NCBI GenBank assembly: GCA_035556555.1
Contig: DATMES010000022.1
Coordinates: 7,577 to 71,576 of the forward strand
Length of the DNA stretch: 64,000 nucleotides
DNA from: Frankiaceae bacterium
GTDB taxonomy: Bacteria; Actinomycetota; Actinomycetes; BP-191
Reading direction: 5' to 3'
Position 1 is the first letter of the stretch. Every line of letters begins with the position of its first letter. Positions 9,446 to 19,450 of this stretch are shown here, in pieces. The notes below the pieces were generated by a model. It saw nothing but the letters and a program-made list of their open reading frames with translations, searched no databases and had not been told where the DNA came from. A program made the position numbers and the translations under genes.

Positions 9446-10729
9446 ATGCCCGCCGTCGTCATCGTCGGGGCACAGTGGGGAGACGAGGGGAAGGGCAAGG
9501 CCACCGACCTGCTCGGTGACCGGCTCGACTACGTCGTCCGCTACAACGGCGGCAACAACGCCGGCCACACCGTCGTCATCGGCAGCGAGAAGTACGCGCT
9601 GCACCTGCTCCCCACCGGCATCCTCACGCCGACGCTCGTGCCGGTCATCGGCAACGGCGTCGTCGTCGACCTCGGCGTCCTCTTCGAGGAGATCGACCTG
9701 CTGGACGCGCGCGGCGTCGACACCTCGCGGCTGCTCATCAGCGCCAACGCGCACGTCATCACGCCGTACCACCGCACCATGGACAAGGTGGTCGAGAGGT
9801 TCCTCGGCAACGCCAAGCTCGGCACCACCGGCCGCGGGATCGGGCCCGCGTACGCCGACAAGATGTCCCGCGTCGGGGTGCGGGTGCAGGACCTGTTCGA
9901 CGAGAAGATCCTGCGGCAGAAGGTCGACGGCGCGCTCAAGGCCAAGAACCAGCTGCTCACCAAGGTCTACAACCGCAAGGCCATCGAGACCGACGCGGTC
10001 GTGGACGAGCTGCTGACGTACGCCGACCGCCTCCAGCCGCTCGTCGCCGACACCGCCCTGCTGCTGCACCACGCGCTGCTCGACGGCAAGAACGTCCTGC
10101 TCGAAGGCGGCCAGGCCACCATGCTCGACGTCGACCACGGGACGTATCCGTTCGTCACGTCGTCCAACCCGACCACCGGCGGCGCCTGCACCGGCTCCGG
10201 CATCGCGCCGCGGCACCTCACGCGCGCGATCGGCGTGCTCAAGGCGTACACGACGCGGGTCGGCGAGGGGCCGTTCCCGACCGAGCTGAACGACGAGTGG
10301 GGCACGCTGCTGCGCGAGAACGGCGGCGAGTTCGGCACCACCACGGGGCGGCCACGTCGGTGCGGGTGGTTCGACGCCGTCATCGCCCGCTACGCCGCGC
10401 GCATCAACGGCCTCACCGACTTCTTCCTCACCAAGCTCGACGTGCTCTCCGGCATCGAGCGCATCCCCGTCTGCGTCGGCTACCGCGTCGGCGGCACGGT
10501 CTTCGACGAGATGCCGGTGTCGCAGTCGGACTTCCACCACGCCGAGCCGGTGTACGAAGAGCTCCCCGGCTGGGACGACGACATCACCGGCGCAACGACG
10601 TTCGAGGACCTGCCGAAGAACGCTCAGGCGTACGTCAAGGCGCTGGAGGAGATGTCCGGCGCGCCCATCAGCGCCATCGGCGTCGGCCCCGGCCGTACGC
10701 AGACGGTGGTCGTCAGGGACTTGGTCTAA
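9446..10729 (+). CDS. purA: Adenylosuccinate synthetase
   Basis: GGAGGAG RBS; N-terminal [10 protein letters not shown]-loop; full-length colinear PurA. Confidence 0.95.
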   Translation: MPAVVIVGAQWGDEGKGKATDLLGDRLDYVVRYNGGNNAGHTVVIGSEKYALHLLPTGILTPTLVPVIGNGVVVDLGVLFEEIDLLDARGVDTSRLLISANAHVITPYHRTMDKVVERFLGNAKLGTTGRGIGPAYADKMSRVGVRVQDLFDEKILRQKVDGALKAKNQLLTKVYNRKAIETDAVVDELLTYADRLQPLVADTALLLHHALLDGKNVLLEGGQATMLDVDHGTYPFVTSSNPTTGGACTGSGIAPRHLTRAIGVLKAYTTRVGEGPFPTELNDEWGTLLRENGGEFGTTTGRPRRCGWFDAVIARYAARINGLTDFFLTKLDVLSGIERIPVCVGYRVGGTVFDEMPVSQSDFHHAEPVYEELPGWDDDITGATTFEDLPKNAQAYVKALEEMSGAPISAIGVGPGRTQTVVVRDLV

Positions 10730-12102
10730 CCGAGGTACCCGCTCTTCCGGAGCGTGTCCTCCGCTGCCTCGGTGAGCGCCTCCAGCGCCGCGGCGATGAT
10801 CTCAGTGACGAGGGCGCTGATCTTGACGCGCGCCACTGTACGTAGCGTCGGCTCGACGTCGCGTACGGCGAACTCAGCTCGGCGACCCATCCCGGCGACG
10901 AGGAATGCGGGGCAGTCGTCGTCCGTGGCGATCAGCGTGACGATGCGGATCGCCCGCCGCGCGCCCGCGGGCGGATGCGACTCCGCGTTGATCTGAACGA
11001 TGCGGGGATCCGCAACAGACGACCGGTAGCCCGGCGCATCGAACCGTCCTTGACGGACGTCCACCGTGAGCGACACACCCACCGGTAGCGACAGCGCGGC
11101 TACCTGCTCGGACACTTCTGAGTGAACTGCGTCGAGCAGGCGGTTCGCCACGGCATCAAGCTGGTCGTGGCTGAGCCCGCCAACACCCGTGACGAGGTCC
11201 CTGAGTCGCGCCAACGACCCTGCCTGGTCAGCCTGCGCGCCGGCTCGGACCGTGAGGACAGCAAGATCCACGGTCTCGATGACGCGCTCGACAACGAACG
11301 AGACGAACCTGCGTAGGTCACCGGAGTCGGCGGCCGCTAGGCAGTCGAGGTACTCGTCGCGGTCCTCGCGCAGCAGCATGAACGGCACGCGCAGCGCGCG
11401 GTACAGCGGAACCGACGCGAGCGCGCGGGAGACGCGGCCGTTCCCGTCGGCGAACGGGTGGATCGCCACGAACGAGTAATGCAGGTACGCCGCCTGCACC
11501 ACCGGATGAGCGGCGAGATACGACTCCGACGACAGCGACGCCACGAGCCGCGCCATCTCCGGCGCGACCATGTCCGGCGGCGCGTAGTGGTGGATCTGAC
11601 CCGTCGCGAGACTGGTCGGGTTGTTGGGCAGCGTCTTGTACTGCCCCTTCGGTAGCGGCTGCTCCTGCGGCCCCACCTCGGTGTGTACGACGTACGTGTC
11701 CTGGCTGCGGCAGAGCATCACGTGGAGCTCGCGAATCACGTGCTCGGTGACCGGCCGCGACTCGGCCACGAGGTCGAGCACCCACTCGTACGCCTCGATC
11801 TGGTCCTTGATGATCGCCGCGGCGTTGGGGCCTCGCTCGTTCGCCGCCGCCTCCCAGCCCGCGGCCTCGATGGCGACGGTGCGGGTGAAGCCACGATCGG
11901 TCGTGTAGAGCCCTTCGATGGCTCCGGTGTCGGTGCCCGCGTACCGCATCGCCGTCTTCACGGCGTGCTCGCGCGCCTCCTCGGTCGCCTCGGCGCGAGC
12001 CTGTTCGAGGAGCGCGGCGTACTGGTCGTACGTCGTCGGGTCGAACGGCACCGCTGTCCACGCCGAGATGTCGGGGAACGGCTGGTATCCCTCGTCCGCC
12101 AC
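10726..12102 (-). CDS. Fic/DOC-family protein, class II (N-terminal inhibitory helix), with an uncharacterised ~200-aa C-terminal domain
   Basis: Canonical Fic motif [12 protein letters not shown]; N-terminal TGAIEG matches the (S/T)xxxE(G/N) alpha-inh motif; stop overlaps purA stop. Confidence 0.85.
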   Translation of the reverse strand: MADEGYQPFPDISAWTAVPFDPTTYDQYAALLEQARAEATEEAREHAVKTAMRYAGTDTGAIEGLYTTDRGFTRTVAIEAAGWEAAANERGPNAAAIIKDQIEAYEWVLDLVAESRPVTEHVIRELHVMLCRSQDTYVVHTEVGPQEQPLPKGQYKTLPNNPTSLATGQIHHYAPPDMVAPEMARLVASLSSESYLAAHPVVQAAYLHYSFVAIHPFADGNGRVSRALASVPLYRALRVPFMLLREDRDEYLDCLAAADSGDLRRFVSFVVERVIETVDLAVLTVRAGAQADQAGSLARLRDLVTGVGGLSHDQLDAVANRLLDAVHSEVSEQVAALSLPVGVSLTVDVRQGRFDAPGYRSSVADPRIVQINAESHPPAGARRAIRIVTLIATDDDCPAFLVAGMGRRAEFAVRDVEPTLRTVARVKISALVTEIIAAALEALTEAAEDTLRKSGYLG

Positions 12103-12223
12103 GCGGCGCCACCTCCGCTCCCGAGTCTAGAGACGGCGAACGGCGCCGGTGCCGAAGCCGGCGCCGCTCGCGGACGTCCGTTGCGAGTGCCGGCCGAAAC
12201 GGCACCCGGGGGTGGGGCCGCGT

Positions 12224-12436
12224 CTAGCAGAAGACCGTTGTCCACATCGAGCCGCCCCAGCACAGGGGCGCCTCGACGGTGACGGGCGTGCAGCCGCCTT
12301 CCGGCCGCGGGACGCAGTCCTGGTAGAGCACGACGTTGCGGTAGCAGGCCTCGGGGGCCACGCACTCGGCGTGCGCGGCGCCGCCGAGGAACACCGCGGA
12401 CAGCAGGGCGCCGACAGCGAGCAGGCGTCTGACCAT
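12224..12436 (-). CDS. Small secreted cysteine-rich peptide (70 aa precursor; 47-aa mature peptide with 6 Cys)
   Basis: Signal peptide MVRRLLAVGALLSAVFLGGAAHA|E; GGAG RBS; GC3 near 100%. Confidence 0.45.
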   Translation of the reverse strand: MVRRLLAVGALLSAVFLGGAAHAECVAPEACYRNVVLYQDCVPRPEGGCTPVTVEAPLCWGGSMWTTVFC

Positions 12437-12483
12437 GGCTGGCTCCGTTCGGTAGGGAATGCCCGGACGTGGGCGATGGCAGG

Positions 12484-13722
12484 ATGCCGCCCGTGAGAGT
12501 TCTTGTCATCGGCAACGGCGCCCGCGAGCACGCCCTCTGCCTCGCCCTGCGCCGCGACCCCGCGGTACGCCACCTCGTCTGCGCCCCAGGCAACGCCGGC
12601 ACCGCGCAGGTCGCCGAGACCCGCCACGTCGATCCCCTCGACGGCGACGCCGTCGCCGACCTCGCCGACGCCGTGGACGCCGACCTCACGGTCATCGGCC
12701 CCGAGGCGCCGCTGGTCGCCGGCGTCGCGGATGCCGTACGCGCCCGCGGCCGCGCCTGCTTCGGCCCCTCCGCCGAGGCGGCCCAGCTGGAGGGCAGCAA
12801 GGCGTTCGCCAAGGACGTCATGGCGCGCGCCGGCGTCCCGACGGCGGGCTACGCCGTCTGCGAGACCGGCGACGAGGTGGAGGCCGCGCTGGACGAGTAC
12901 GAGCCGCCGTACGTCGTCAAGGACGACGGCCTGGCCGGCGGCAAGGGCGTCGTCGTCACCACGGACCGCGCCGCCGCCGCCGAGCACGCCCGCGGCAAGC
13001 GGGTCGTGATCGAGGAGTACCTGGACGGCCCCGAGGTGAGCCTGTTCGGTATCACGGATGGCACGACGGTGCTGCCGCTGCAGCCCGCGCAGGACTTCAA
13101 GCGCATCGGCGACGGCGACACCGGCCCGAACACCGGCGGCATGGGCGCCTACTCGCCGCTCCCCTGGGCCGACCCCGGCCTGACCGACGAGGTCACGAGA
13201 ACGGTCCTCCAGCCGACGATCGACGAGATGCGCCGCAGGGGAACGCCGTTCCAGGGCCTGCTCTACGCCGGTCTCGCGATCACGAAGAACGGCCCGAAGG
13301 TCATCGAGTTCAACGCCCGCTTCGGCGACCCCGAGACGCAGGTCGTCCTCGCCCGCCTGAAGACCCCGCTGGCGCAGCTGCTCCACCAGGCCGCCACCGG
13401 CAGCCTCGCAGGCACCACCCTGGACTGGGACGACCAGGCAGCCGTCACGGTCGTCATGGCCGCGCTCGGCTACCCGGGCAAGCCCACCACGGGCCAGCCG
13501 ATCGACGGGCTGACCGAAGCCGCCAAGGCAGCAGACGTCCTCCACGCCGGCACCCGCCTCGAGGACGGCAAGGTCCTCACGAACGGCGGCCGGGTCCTCT
13601 CGGTCACGGCCACGGGCTCCGACCTGAACACCGCAAGAACGAAGGCGTACGAGGCCGTCGGCCGGATCTCCTTCCCCGGCGCCCAGTGGCGCACGGACAT
13701 CGCGGCGACAGCCGCCGGTTAG
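12484..13722 (+). CDS. purD: Phosphoribosylamine-glycine ligase
   Basis: RVLVIGNGAREHAL N-terminus; ATP-grasp fold; colinear PurD. Confidence 0.95.
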   Translation: MPPVRVLVIGNGAREHALCLALRRDPAVRHLVCAPGNAGTAQVAETRHVDPLDGDAVADLADAVDADLTVIGPEAPLVAGVADAVRARGRACFGPSAEAAQLEGSKAFAKDVMARAGVPTAGYAVCETGDEVEAALDEYEPPYVVKDDGLAGGKGVVVTTDRAAAAEHARGKRVVIEEYLDGPEVSLFGITDGTTVLPLQPAQDFKRIGDGDTGPNTGGMGAYSPLPWADPGLTDEVTRTVLQPTIDEMRRRGTPFQGLLYAGLAITKNGPKVIEFNARFGDPETQVVLARLKTPLAQLLHQAATGSLAGTTLDWDDQAAVTVVMAALGYPGKPTTGQPIDGLTEAAKAADVLHAGTRLEDGKVLTNGGRVLSVTATGSDLNTARTKAYEAVGRISFPGAQWRTDIAATAAG

Positions 13723-13788
13723 GCGCCACGCCGACGGTGCGAGAGAATGACCCCACCGCGCCCGCGAACATCCAGGGGAGAGAACGAC

Positions 13789-14274
13789 GTGCCCGACGAG
13801 AGCCCGAAGGTCGCCATCGTCTACGGCTCGCTGAGCGACGCCAACGTGATGAACCAGGCCGGAGCGATGCTGGAACGCTTCGGCATCGCGTACGACGAGT
13901 GCTCCATCTCCGCGCACCGCGCCCCGCGCGCGCTCGCCGACTGGATGGCCGAGCTCGAGCCGCGCGGCTACGAGGTCGTCATCGCCGGCGCCGGCATGAG
14001 CGCCGCGCTGCCGGGCGTCGTTGCGGCGCACACGGTCCTGCCGGTCATCGGCGTCCCGATCAAGGGCGGCGCGCTCGACGGGCTCGACGCGCTGCTCGCC
14101 ATCAGCCAGATGCCGCCGGGCGTGCCGGTCGCCTGCGTCGGCCTGGACGCCGCGAAGAACGCCGCCGTCCTCGCCGTGCAGATCCTCGCCACCAACGACC
14201 CGGACCTGCGCGCCAAGCTCTGGAAGTTCAAGGACGACTTCGAGAGCGCCGCCACCGCCTCCCTCTCTCGATGA
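13789..14274 (+). CDS. purE: 5-(carboxyamino)imidazole ribonucleotide mutase (PurE)
   Basis: VAIVYGS.SD, SAHRAP, VIAGAGMSAALPG, PVIGVP; GGGGAGAGA RBS before the GTG. Confidence 0.85.
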   Translation: MPDESPKVAIVYGSLSDANVMNQAGAMLERFGIAYDECSISAHRAPRALADWMAELEPRGYEVVIAGAGMSAALPGVVAAHTVLPVIGVPIKGGALDGLDALLAISQMPPGVPVACVGLDAAKNAAVLAVQILATNDPDLRAKLWKFKDDFESAATASLSR

Positions 14275-15572
14275 TCGGGCGGTACACCCTCCCCGAGATG
14301 GGCCGGGTCTGGTCCGAGGCCCACAAGTACGAGCTCTGGTGCCAGGTCGAGACCCTCGTCCTGGAAGCCCACGCCGCGGCGGGCGTCGTCCCCGCCGACT
14401 GCGTCGAGCCTGTCAAGAACGCGCCGCCGCCCACCCCCGAGGCGGTCGACGAGATCGAGCAGGTGACGCAGCACGACGTCATCGCGTTCCTGTCGGCCTG
14501 GGCGGACAACACGACACCGCGCGAGGCGGCGGCGTACGTCCACTTCGGCATGACGAGCAGCGACCTGCTCGACACCGCGCTGGCGCTGCAGCTCACCGAC
14601 GCCACCGACATCCTGCTGGCCAAGGCCGACGCCCTCGTCGGCCACCTCCGCGGCCTGGGTCTCGCGCACCGTGACACGGTCAAGGTCGGCCGTACGCACG
14701 GTGTCCACGCCGAGCCCGACACGTTCGGCCACACGGTCGCGAACTTCGCGTTCGCCATGGCCCGCAGCCGCGACCGGCTCCGGCGCGCCCGCGAGGCCGT
14801 CGCTATCGCCAAGATCAGCGGCGCGGTGGGGACGTACTCCAACATCGACGACGACGTCGAGCGCCACGTCGCCGCGCAGCTCGGCCTGACCCCCGCCGAC
14901 GCCGCGACGCAGGTCGTGATCCGCGACGGCATCAGCGAGTGGGTCTCCGCGCTCGGCGTCATGGCGACGGTCTGCGAGGCCGTCGCGCTGGAGGTACGCC
15001 ACGGCCAGCGCACCGAGGTACGCGAGCTCGAGGAGCCGTTCAGGAAGGGCCAGAAGGGCTCCTCCGCGATGCCGCACAAGCGCAACCCGATCCTCTGCGA
15101 ACGCATCTGCGGTCTGGCCCGCGTCGTCCGCGCGCAGGTCGTCCCCGTCATGGAGGGCATCCCGCTCTGGCACGAGCGCGACATCAGCCACTCCTCCGTC
15201 GAGCGGATCGCGCTCCCCGACGCCGCGATCGGCACCGACTACCTGCTGCACCTCACGACCAAGCTCGTCACCGGCCTCACCGTCGACGCCGAGCGGATGC
15301 GCGCCAACCTCGACGCGACCGGCGGCCTCATCTACACGAGCGCCGTCCTGCTGGAGCTGGTGGAGGCAGGCCTCTCCCGCGAGGACGCGTACGCCGTCAC
15401 GCAGGCCGCGGCGATGGAGACGTGGCAGAGCGGGGTGCCGTTCCGCGAGACGCTGCGCAAGCACCCCGAGGCCGACGCCCTCACCGACGAACGCCTCGAC
15501 GAGGTCTGCCGCCCCGACCGCTACCTCTCGCGCCTCGGCCCGGTGTTCGACCGGCTGGCGTCGCTGGCCTGA
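14271..15572 (+). CDS. purB: Adenylosuccinate lyase
   Basis: ATGA overlap with the purE stop; fumarate-lyase signature GSSAMPHKRNP. Confidence 0.95.
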   Translation: MIGRYTLPEMGRVWSEAHKYELWCQVETLVLEAHAAAGVVPADCVEPVKNAPPPTPEAVDEIEQVTQHDVIAFLSAWADNTTPREAAAYVHFGMTSSDLLDTALALQLTDATDILLAKADALVGHLRGLGLAHRDTVKVGRTHGVHAEPDTFGHTVANFAFAMARSRDRLRRAREAVAIAKISGAVGTYSNIDDDVERHVAAQLGLTPADAATQVVIRDGISEWVSALGVMATVCEAVALEVRHGQRTEVRELEEPFRKGQKGSSAMPHKRNPILCERICGLARVVRAQVVPVMEGIPLWHERDISHSSVERIALPDAAIGTDYLLHLTTKLVTGLTVDAERMRANLDATGGLIYTSAVLLELVEAGLSREDAYAVTQAAAMETWQSGVPFRETLRKHPEADALTDERLDEVCRPDRYLSRLGPVFDRLASLA

Positions 15573-16615
15573 TGCGGACGCTCGCGGCGGCCCTGGTCCT
15601 GGTGGCCGCCGTCGCGTGCACGAACGACGGCGAACCCGAGCCCACGTCGGCGCCGACCCCCACGGCCTCGGCCACGCGCGAGCCGATCGGCGGGACGCTC
15701 GGTTTCACGACGGCCCGCCAGGTCCGGCTCGCGCTGCCCGACGGCACGGTGCGGACGCTCGCCGGCCAGGCGCCCGAGGCCGACTCGATCGCGTGGACCG
15801 GCGACGGCAGGTACGTCGGCTGGTTCCAGCAGGCGCCGGGCGGCGGGTCCGCGCTCGTCGTCCACGAGCCGGCGACCTCGCGTACCGCGACCTGGGAGGA
15901 GCCGAACCTCTCGACGGAGGGGCTTCTGGGCACCGAGACCGGTTTCGTCACGACGTACCGCCCGGCGGGGAAGCGCTCCATGCTGGTCGTCGCCGACCCG
16001 GCGAAGATGCTCGCCGGCGGCAAGCCCCGCGTCGTCCCGCTCCGGCTGCGCGCCGGCGCGCTGCTCACGGCGAGGGGCCCGGTCCTCGTGGAGGAGCCGA
16101 AGCCCGGCGCGGCGTTCGCGGGCGGCCCGTCGACCGTGTACGAGCTCACCACGGACGGCCGCGCGACGCCGTTCTTCGCCAACCCGCGCGACTACCCGGT
16201 CCACCACGCGGCCGTCACCACCGACGGGCGCCGGGTCGTGCACAGCGCGGGCGACCGCATCAACCGGGACCGCACCAGGGAGTGGGTCGTCGTCCGTGAC
16301 CTCGCCGCGAAGCGCGAGCTGCCCATCGAGTCGCCGGTACGCCGCCGCGCCGAGCCGGCCGTGCTCTCCATCGTGACCGGCGCGGACGGCCGGATCGTCG
16401 CCACCCTCGCCTACCTCGGTCCCCAGGGCGAGGACGTCGCGAGCGAGGCGTACGCGCTCGTCGACGACGGGTGGAGGCACGTCGCGGCCGACGCGCGGTG
16501 GGCGGCGAGCGGGCCGGACGAGAGGCTCGCCGTGATCACCAGGGACGACCAGCTCCAGATCGGCGGCGACGTCTTCGCCGAGGGCGTGCAGGCCGCCGCG
16601 TGGGCGCCCGCGTAG
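15572..16615 (+). CDS. Putative lipoprotein (347 aa)
   Basis: TGATG overlap with the purB stop; signal plus lipobox LVAAVAC; no recognisable domain. Confidence 0.55.
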   Translation: MRTLAAALVLVAAVACTNDGEPEPTSAPTPTASATREPIGGTLGFTTARQVRLALPDGTVRTLAGQAPEADSIAWTGDGRYVGWFQQAPGGGSALVVHEPATSRTATWEEPNLSTEGLLGTETGFVTTYRPAGKRSMLVVADPAKMLAGGKPRVVPLRLRAGALLTARGPVLVEEPKPGAAFAGGPSTVYELTTDGRATPFFANPRDYPVHHAAVTTDGRRVVHSAGDRINRDRTREWVVVRDLAAKRELPIESPVRRRAEPAVLSIVTGADGRIVATLAYLGPQGEDVASEAYALVDDGWRHVAADARWAASGPDERLAVITRDDQLQIGGDVFAEGVQAAAWAPA

Positions 16616-16632
16616 ATGAGAGACTGGCGCCC

Positions 16633-17130
16633 GTGACCCCCGAGGAGTTCCTGGCCGAGGCCGAACGCCGCCTCGCCGCGAACAAGTACGCCGTGGAGCG
16701 CATCAGCCTGCGCGGCGTGCCCGCGATCGTCGGGCGGCGCAAGCCGTTCCGCGTCCAGTGGATGCTCACGCAGCTCAAGACCAGCGTCGTAGTCTGCGCG
16801 GTGCCGGAGGTGACGCTCCAGGGGTGGCTCGACTTCGTCAACGAGGCGACGCAGGTCGCGCGCGGCTTCCCGGGCGGCCTGCCGAACGGCCTCCAGTCCG
16901 GCTTCGGCGCCGTCCCCGTCCTCGCCGCCACCACCGTGGAGCCCGGCGCCGCCGGGGTCGCCCAGGGCACCAAGCCGCCGGTCGAGTGGTTCGGCGGCGT
17001 CTGCACGCCGGGCCTCGTCGACCTGACGCAGCGCCAGGTCCACGCGTTCGGCGGCAAGCAGATGGTCGGCGCCGTGTACTTCCCGTTCCTCCGCAAGCAG
17101 CGCGACCTCGTCACCAGCATCGTCCGATAA
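16633..17130 (+). CDS. Hypothetical cytoplasmic protein (165 aa)
   Basis: GTG start 18 nt after the lipoprotein stop; high GC3. Confidence 0.45.
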   Translation: MTPEEFLAEAERRLAANKYAVERISLRGVPAIVGRRKPFRVQWMLTQLKTSVVVCAVPEVTLQGWLDFVNEATQVARGFPGGLPNGLQSGFGAVPVLAATTVEPGAAGVAQGTKPPVEWFGGVCTPGLVDLTQRQVHAFGGKQMVGAVYFPFLRKQRDLVTSIVR

Positions 17131-17139
17131 AGGAGCCCC

Positions 17140-18051
17140 ATGCCCCTCGCCGCCGAAGAGTTCGCCGGTCTCACGCACGTCGGGTCCGGCAAGGTCCGCG
17201 AGCTGTTCGCGGTGGGCGACGACGCGATCCTGCTCGTCGCCTCCGACCGGATCAGCGCGTTCGACTACGTCCTCCCCACCGAGATCCCCGACAAGGGCGC
17301 GGTGCTGACGGCGCTGAGCCTGTTCTGGTTCGACCTGCTCGCGGAGATCGTGCCGAGCCACGTCATCACGACGAAGGTGGACGAGTACCCAGCCGAGCTG
17401 AAGCCGTACACCGAGCAGCTGCGCGGGCGTTCGATGCTCTGCAAGCGGCTCGCCATGGTGCCCGTCGAGTGCGTCGCGCGCGGCTACCTCACCGGCTCCG
17501 GCCTCAAGGACTACAACGCCACCGGCGAGGTCTGCGGCATCGCGCTGCCCGCCGGCCTCGTGGACGGCTCGAAGCTGCCCGCGCCGATCTTCACGCCGGC
17601 CACCAAGGCCGAGGTCGGGCTGCACGACGAGAACATCTCCGAGGAGGCCGTCGCCGCCACCGTCGGCCGCGAGCTCACCGACGAGCTCAAGCGGCTCACC
17701 ATCGGCATCTTCGAACGCGCCTCCGTCCACGCCGGCGAGCGCGGCGTCATCCTCGCCGACACCAAGTTCGAGTTCGGCCACGACGAGAACGGCGTCCTGA
17801 CCCTCGGCGACGAGGTGCTGACGCCGGACTCGTCGCGGTTCTGGCCCGCGGACACGTACGAGCCCGGCAAGGCGCAGCCGTCGTACGACAAGCAGTACGT
17901 CCGCGACTGGCTCGTCGGCTCGGGCTGGGACAAGAACAGCGAGCCGCCCGCGCTGCCCGCCGAGGTCGTCGAGAAGACGCGCGCGAAGTACGTCGAGGCG
18001 TACGAGCGGCTCACCGGCGCGTCGTTCGACGACTACCTGCGCAACGCGTAG
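17140..18051 (+). CDS. purC: Phosphoribosylaminoimidazole-succinocarboxamide synthase
   Basis: Long-form SAICAR synthetase; GKVRELF and ILADTKFEFG motifs. Confidence 0.95.
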   Translation: MPLAAEEFAGLTHVGSGKVRELFAVGDDAILLVASDRISAFDYVLPTEIPDKGAVLTALSLFWFDLLAEIVPSHVITTKVDEYPAELKPYTEQLRGRSMLCKRLAMVPVECVARGYLTGSGLKDYNATGEVCGIALPAGLVDGSKLPAPIFTPATKAEVGLHDENISEEAVAATVGRELTDELKRLTIGIFERASVHAGERGVILADTKFEFGHDENGVLTLGDEVLTPDSSRFWPADTYEPGKAQPSYDKQYVRDWLVGSGWDKNSEPPALPAEVVEKTRAKYVEAYERLTGASFDDYLRNA

Positions 18052-18236
18052 GGCGCGTCTCACCACCCGTGATCGTCGCGAGCGGCGTCCGGGATGGGGC
18101 ATCGCAAGGCGGAGGAGGCAACGCCGCGAGGTACCGTACCGGGCGTCGCACGGCAGATCGACGGGTCGTGAGACACGCCCTCCATGTGACGTAGATCACA
18201 GGGGTACGTCGCCACGAAACGGCGAAGCATGACCTT

Positions 18237-19166
18237 GTGACACGGTGGCGCCGCCTGCACGCCGGCGCGGTCGTCCTGACCCTCGTCGGCGGCTGCGGCG
18301 CGCTCGGCCTGCGCGCGCTCTCCGACGCCAAGCCGGTGAGCGTCGACGACGCCGTGGCCCGCTTCCGCGAGGGGCAGAGCGCGACGCCGTCACCGGGGTC
18401 GCCGACGAGTCCGGCGCCCACGCCGTCCGCGACCGGCACCGCCGTCCGCGGCAGCAGCGCTCCGGCCAAGCCGGGGACGAGCGGCGCGCCCACCGCGACG
18501 GCCCGGCCAGGCGGCACCACAGCGCCCAAGCCGGGGACCGCGGGGCCGAGCCTCACCGCCGCGCCCGAGGGCGTGTACGTCTACGCCACCACCGGCCACG
18601 AGACCGGCGACGCCGGCCCGACCACGTCGCGGCACGACTACCCGTCGGAGACCACGTGGACGATCCGGCGTTCGGGCTGCGGGTCGAGCCTGCGCTGGGA
18701 GCCGGTCGAGGGCCGCTGGGACGACGTCACCGACTGCGGGGACGGCAGGACCAGCAAGATCAGGACGTACGACACGATGCACACGTTCTACGGGATCTCC
18801 GAGCGGATGACGTACCAGTGCTCGGGCGACTCGTGGCTCCGTCCGCCCTCGACCGCGGCGGGGTACACGTGGGAGTTCGACTGCGTGTCGGAGCGCGCGA
18901 AGACGCACACCGAGGCGCGCATCGTCGGGATCGAACGCGTCTCCGCCGGCGACGGCACGGTCCGCGCGCTGCACGTGCGCTTCGACACGACGCTGTCCGG
19001 CAGCTCCACGGGCACCAACCCGAGCGACTACTGGCTGGCGCTCGACGGGCCGTACATGATCCGCAAGACGGGGCGCGTGGACGCGACGGTGCGCACGGAG
19101 TTCGGGACGATCGACTACCACGAGGAGTACGACGTCCGCCTCGTCTCGCGCAAGCCGCGCACGTAG
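18237..19166 (+). CDS. Putative lipoprotein with a Pro/Thr/Ser-rich linker (309 aa)
   Basis: Lipobox LVGGC; low-complexity PT linker followed by a Cys-containing globular domain. Confidence 0.5.
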   Translation: MTRWRRLHAGAVVLTLVGGCGALGLRALSDAKPVSVDDAVARFREGQSATPSPGSPTSPAPTPSATGTAVRGSSAPAKPGTSGAPTATARPGGTTAPKPGTAGPSLTAAPEGVYVYATTGHETGDAGPTTSRHDYPSETTWTIRRSGCGSSLRWEPVEGRWDDVTDCGDGRTSKIRTYDTMHTFYGISERMTYQCSGDSWLRPPSTAAGYTWEFDCVSERAKTHTEARIVGIERVSAGDGTVRALHVRFDTTLSGSSTGTNPSDYWLALDGPYMIRKTGRVDATVRTEFGTIDYHEEYDVRLVSRKPRT

Positions 19167-19204
19167 GTAGGGTTGGGCGCACCGCCAACCGAACGGAGCC
19201 CGCC

Positions 19205-19450
19205 GTGCCGCGCGTCGTCGTCGACGTCACGCTCAAGCCCGAGATCCTCGACCCGCAGGGCCAGGCCGTCGCCAACGCCCTGCCTTCGCTCGGCTTCACC
19301 GGCGTCGAGGGGGTCCGCGTCGGGAAGCACTTCGAGATCGACCTGTCGGGCGAGGTCGACGAGCAGCGGCTCGCCGACGTCCGCACGATGGCGGAGAAGC
19401 TGCTCGCCAACCCCGTCATCGAGGACTTCACCGTCCGAGTAGAGGAATGA
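19205..19450 (+). CDS. purS: Phosphoribosylformylglycinamidine synthase subunit PurS
   Basis: 81 aa; VVVDVTLKPEILDPQGQAV...GVEGVRVGKHFEIDL. Confidence 0.9.
   Translation: MPRVVVDVTLKPEILDPQGQAVANALPSLGFTGVEGVRVGKHFEIDLSGEVDEQRLADVRTMAEKLLANPVIEDFTVRVEE

Noticed and set aside
12127-14031. 634-aa ORF on the minus strand opposite purD and purE, and similar long ORFs at 2438-3394, 4613-5647, 18760-20859, 24518-27370, 27798-29435 and 36992-39475
   Set aside because: These are high-GC antisense or shadow ORFs with Arg/Ala/Gly/Pro-rich low-complexity translations. The opposite strand or frame carries well-supported conserved genes.
12459-15572. Very long composite ORFs such as 12459-15572, 32864-39634, 32807-36136, 42018-44492 and 57114-59687
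   Set aside because: These are artefacts of absent stop codons in GC-rich DNA. They were split into the real genes using internal starts, RBSs, stop-overlap junctions and protein-family boundaries.
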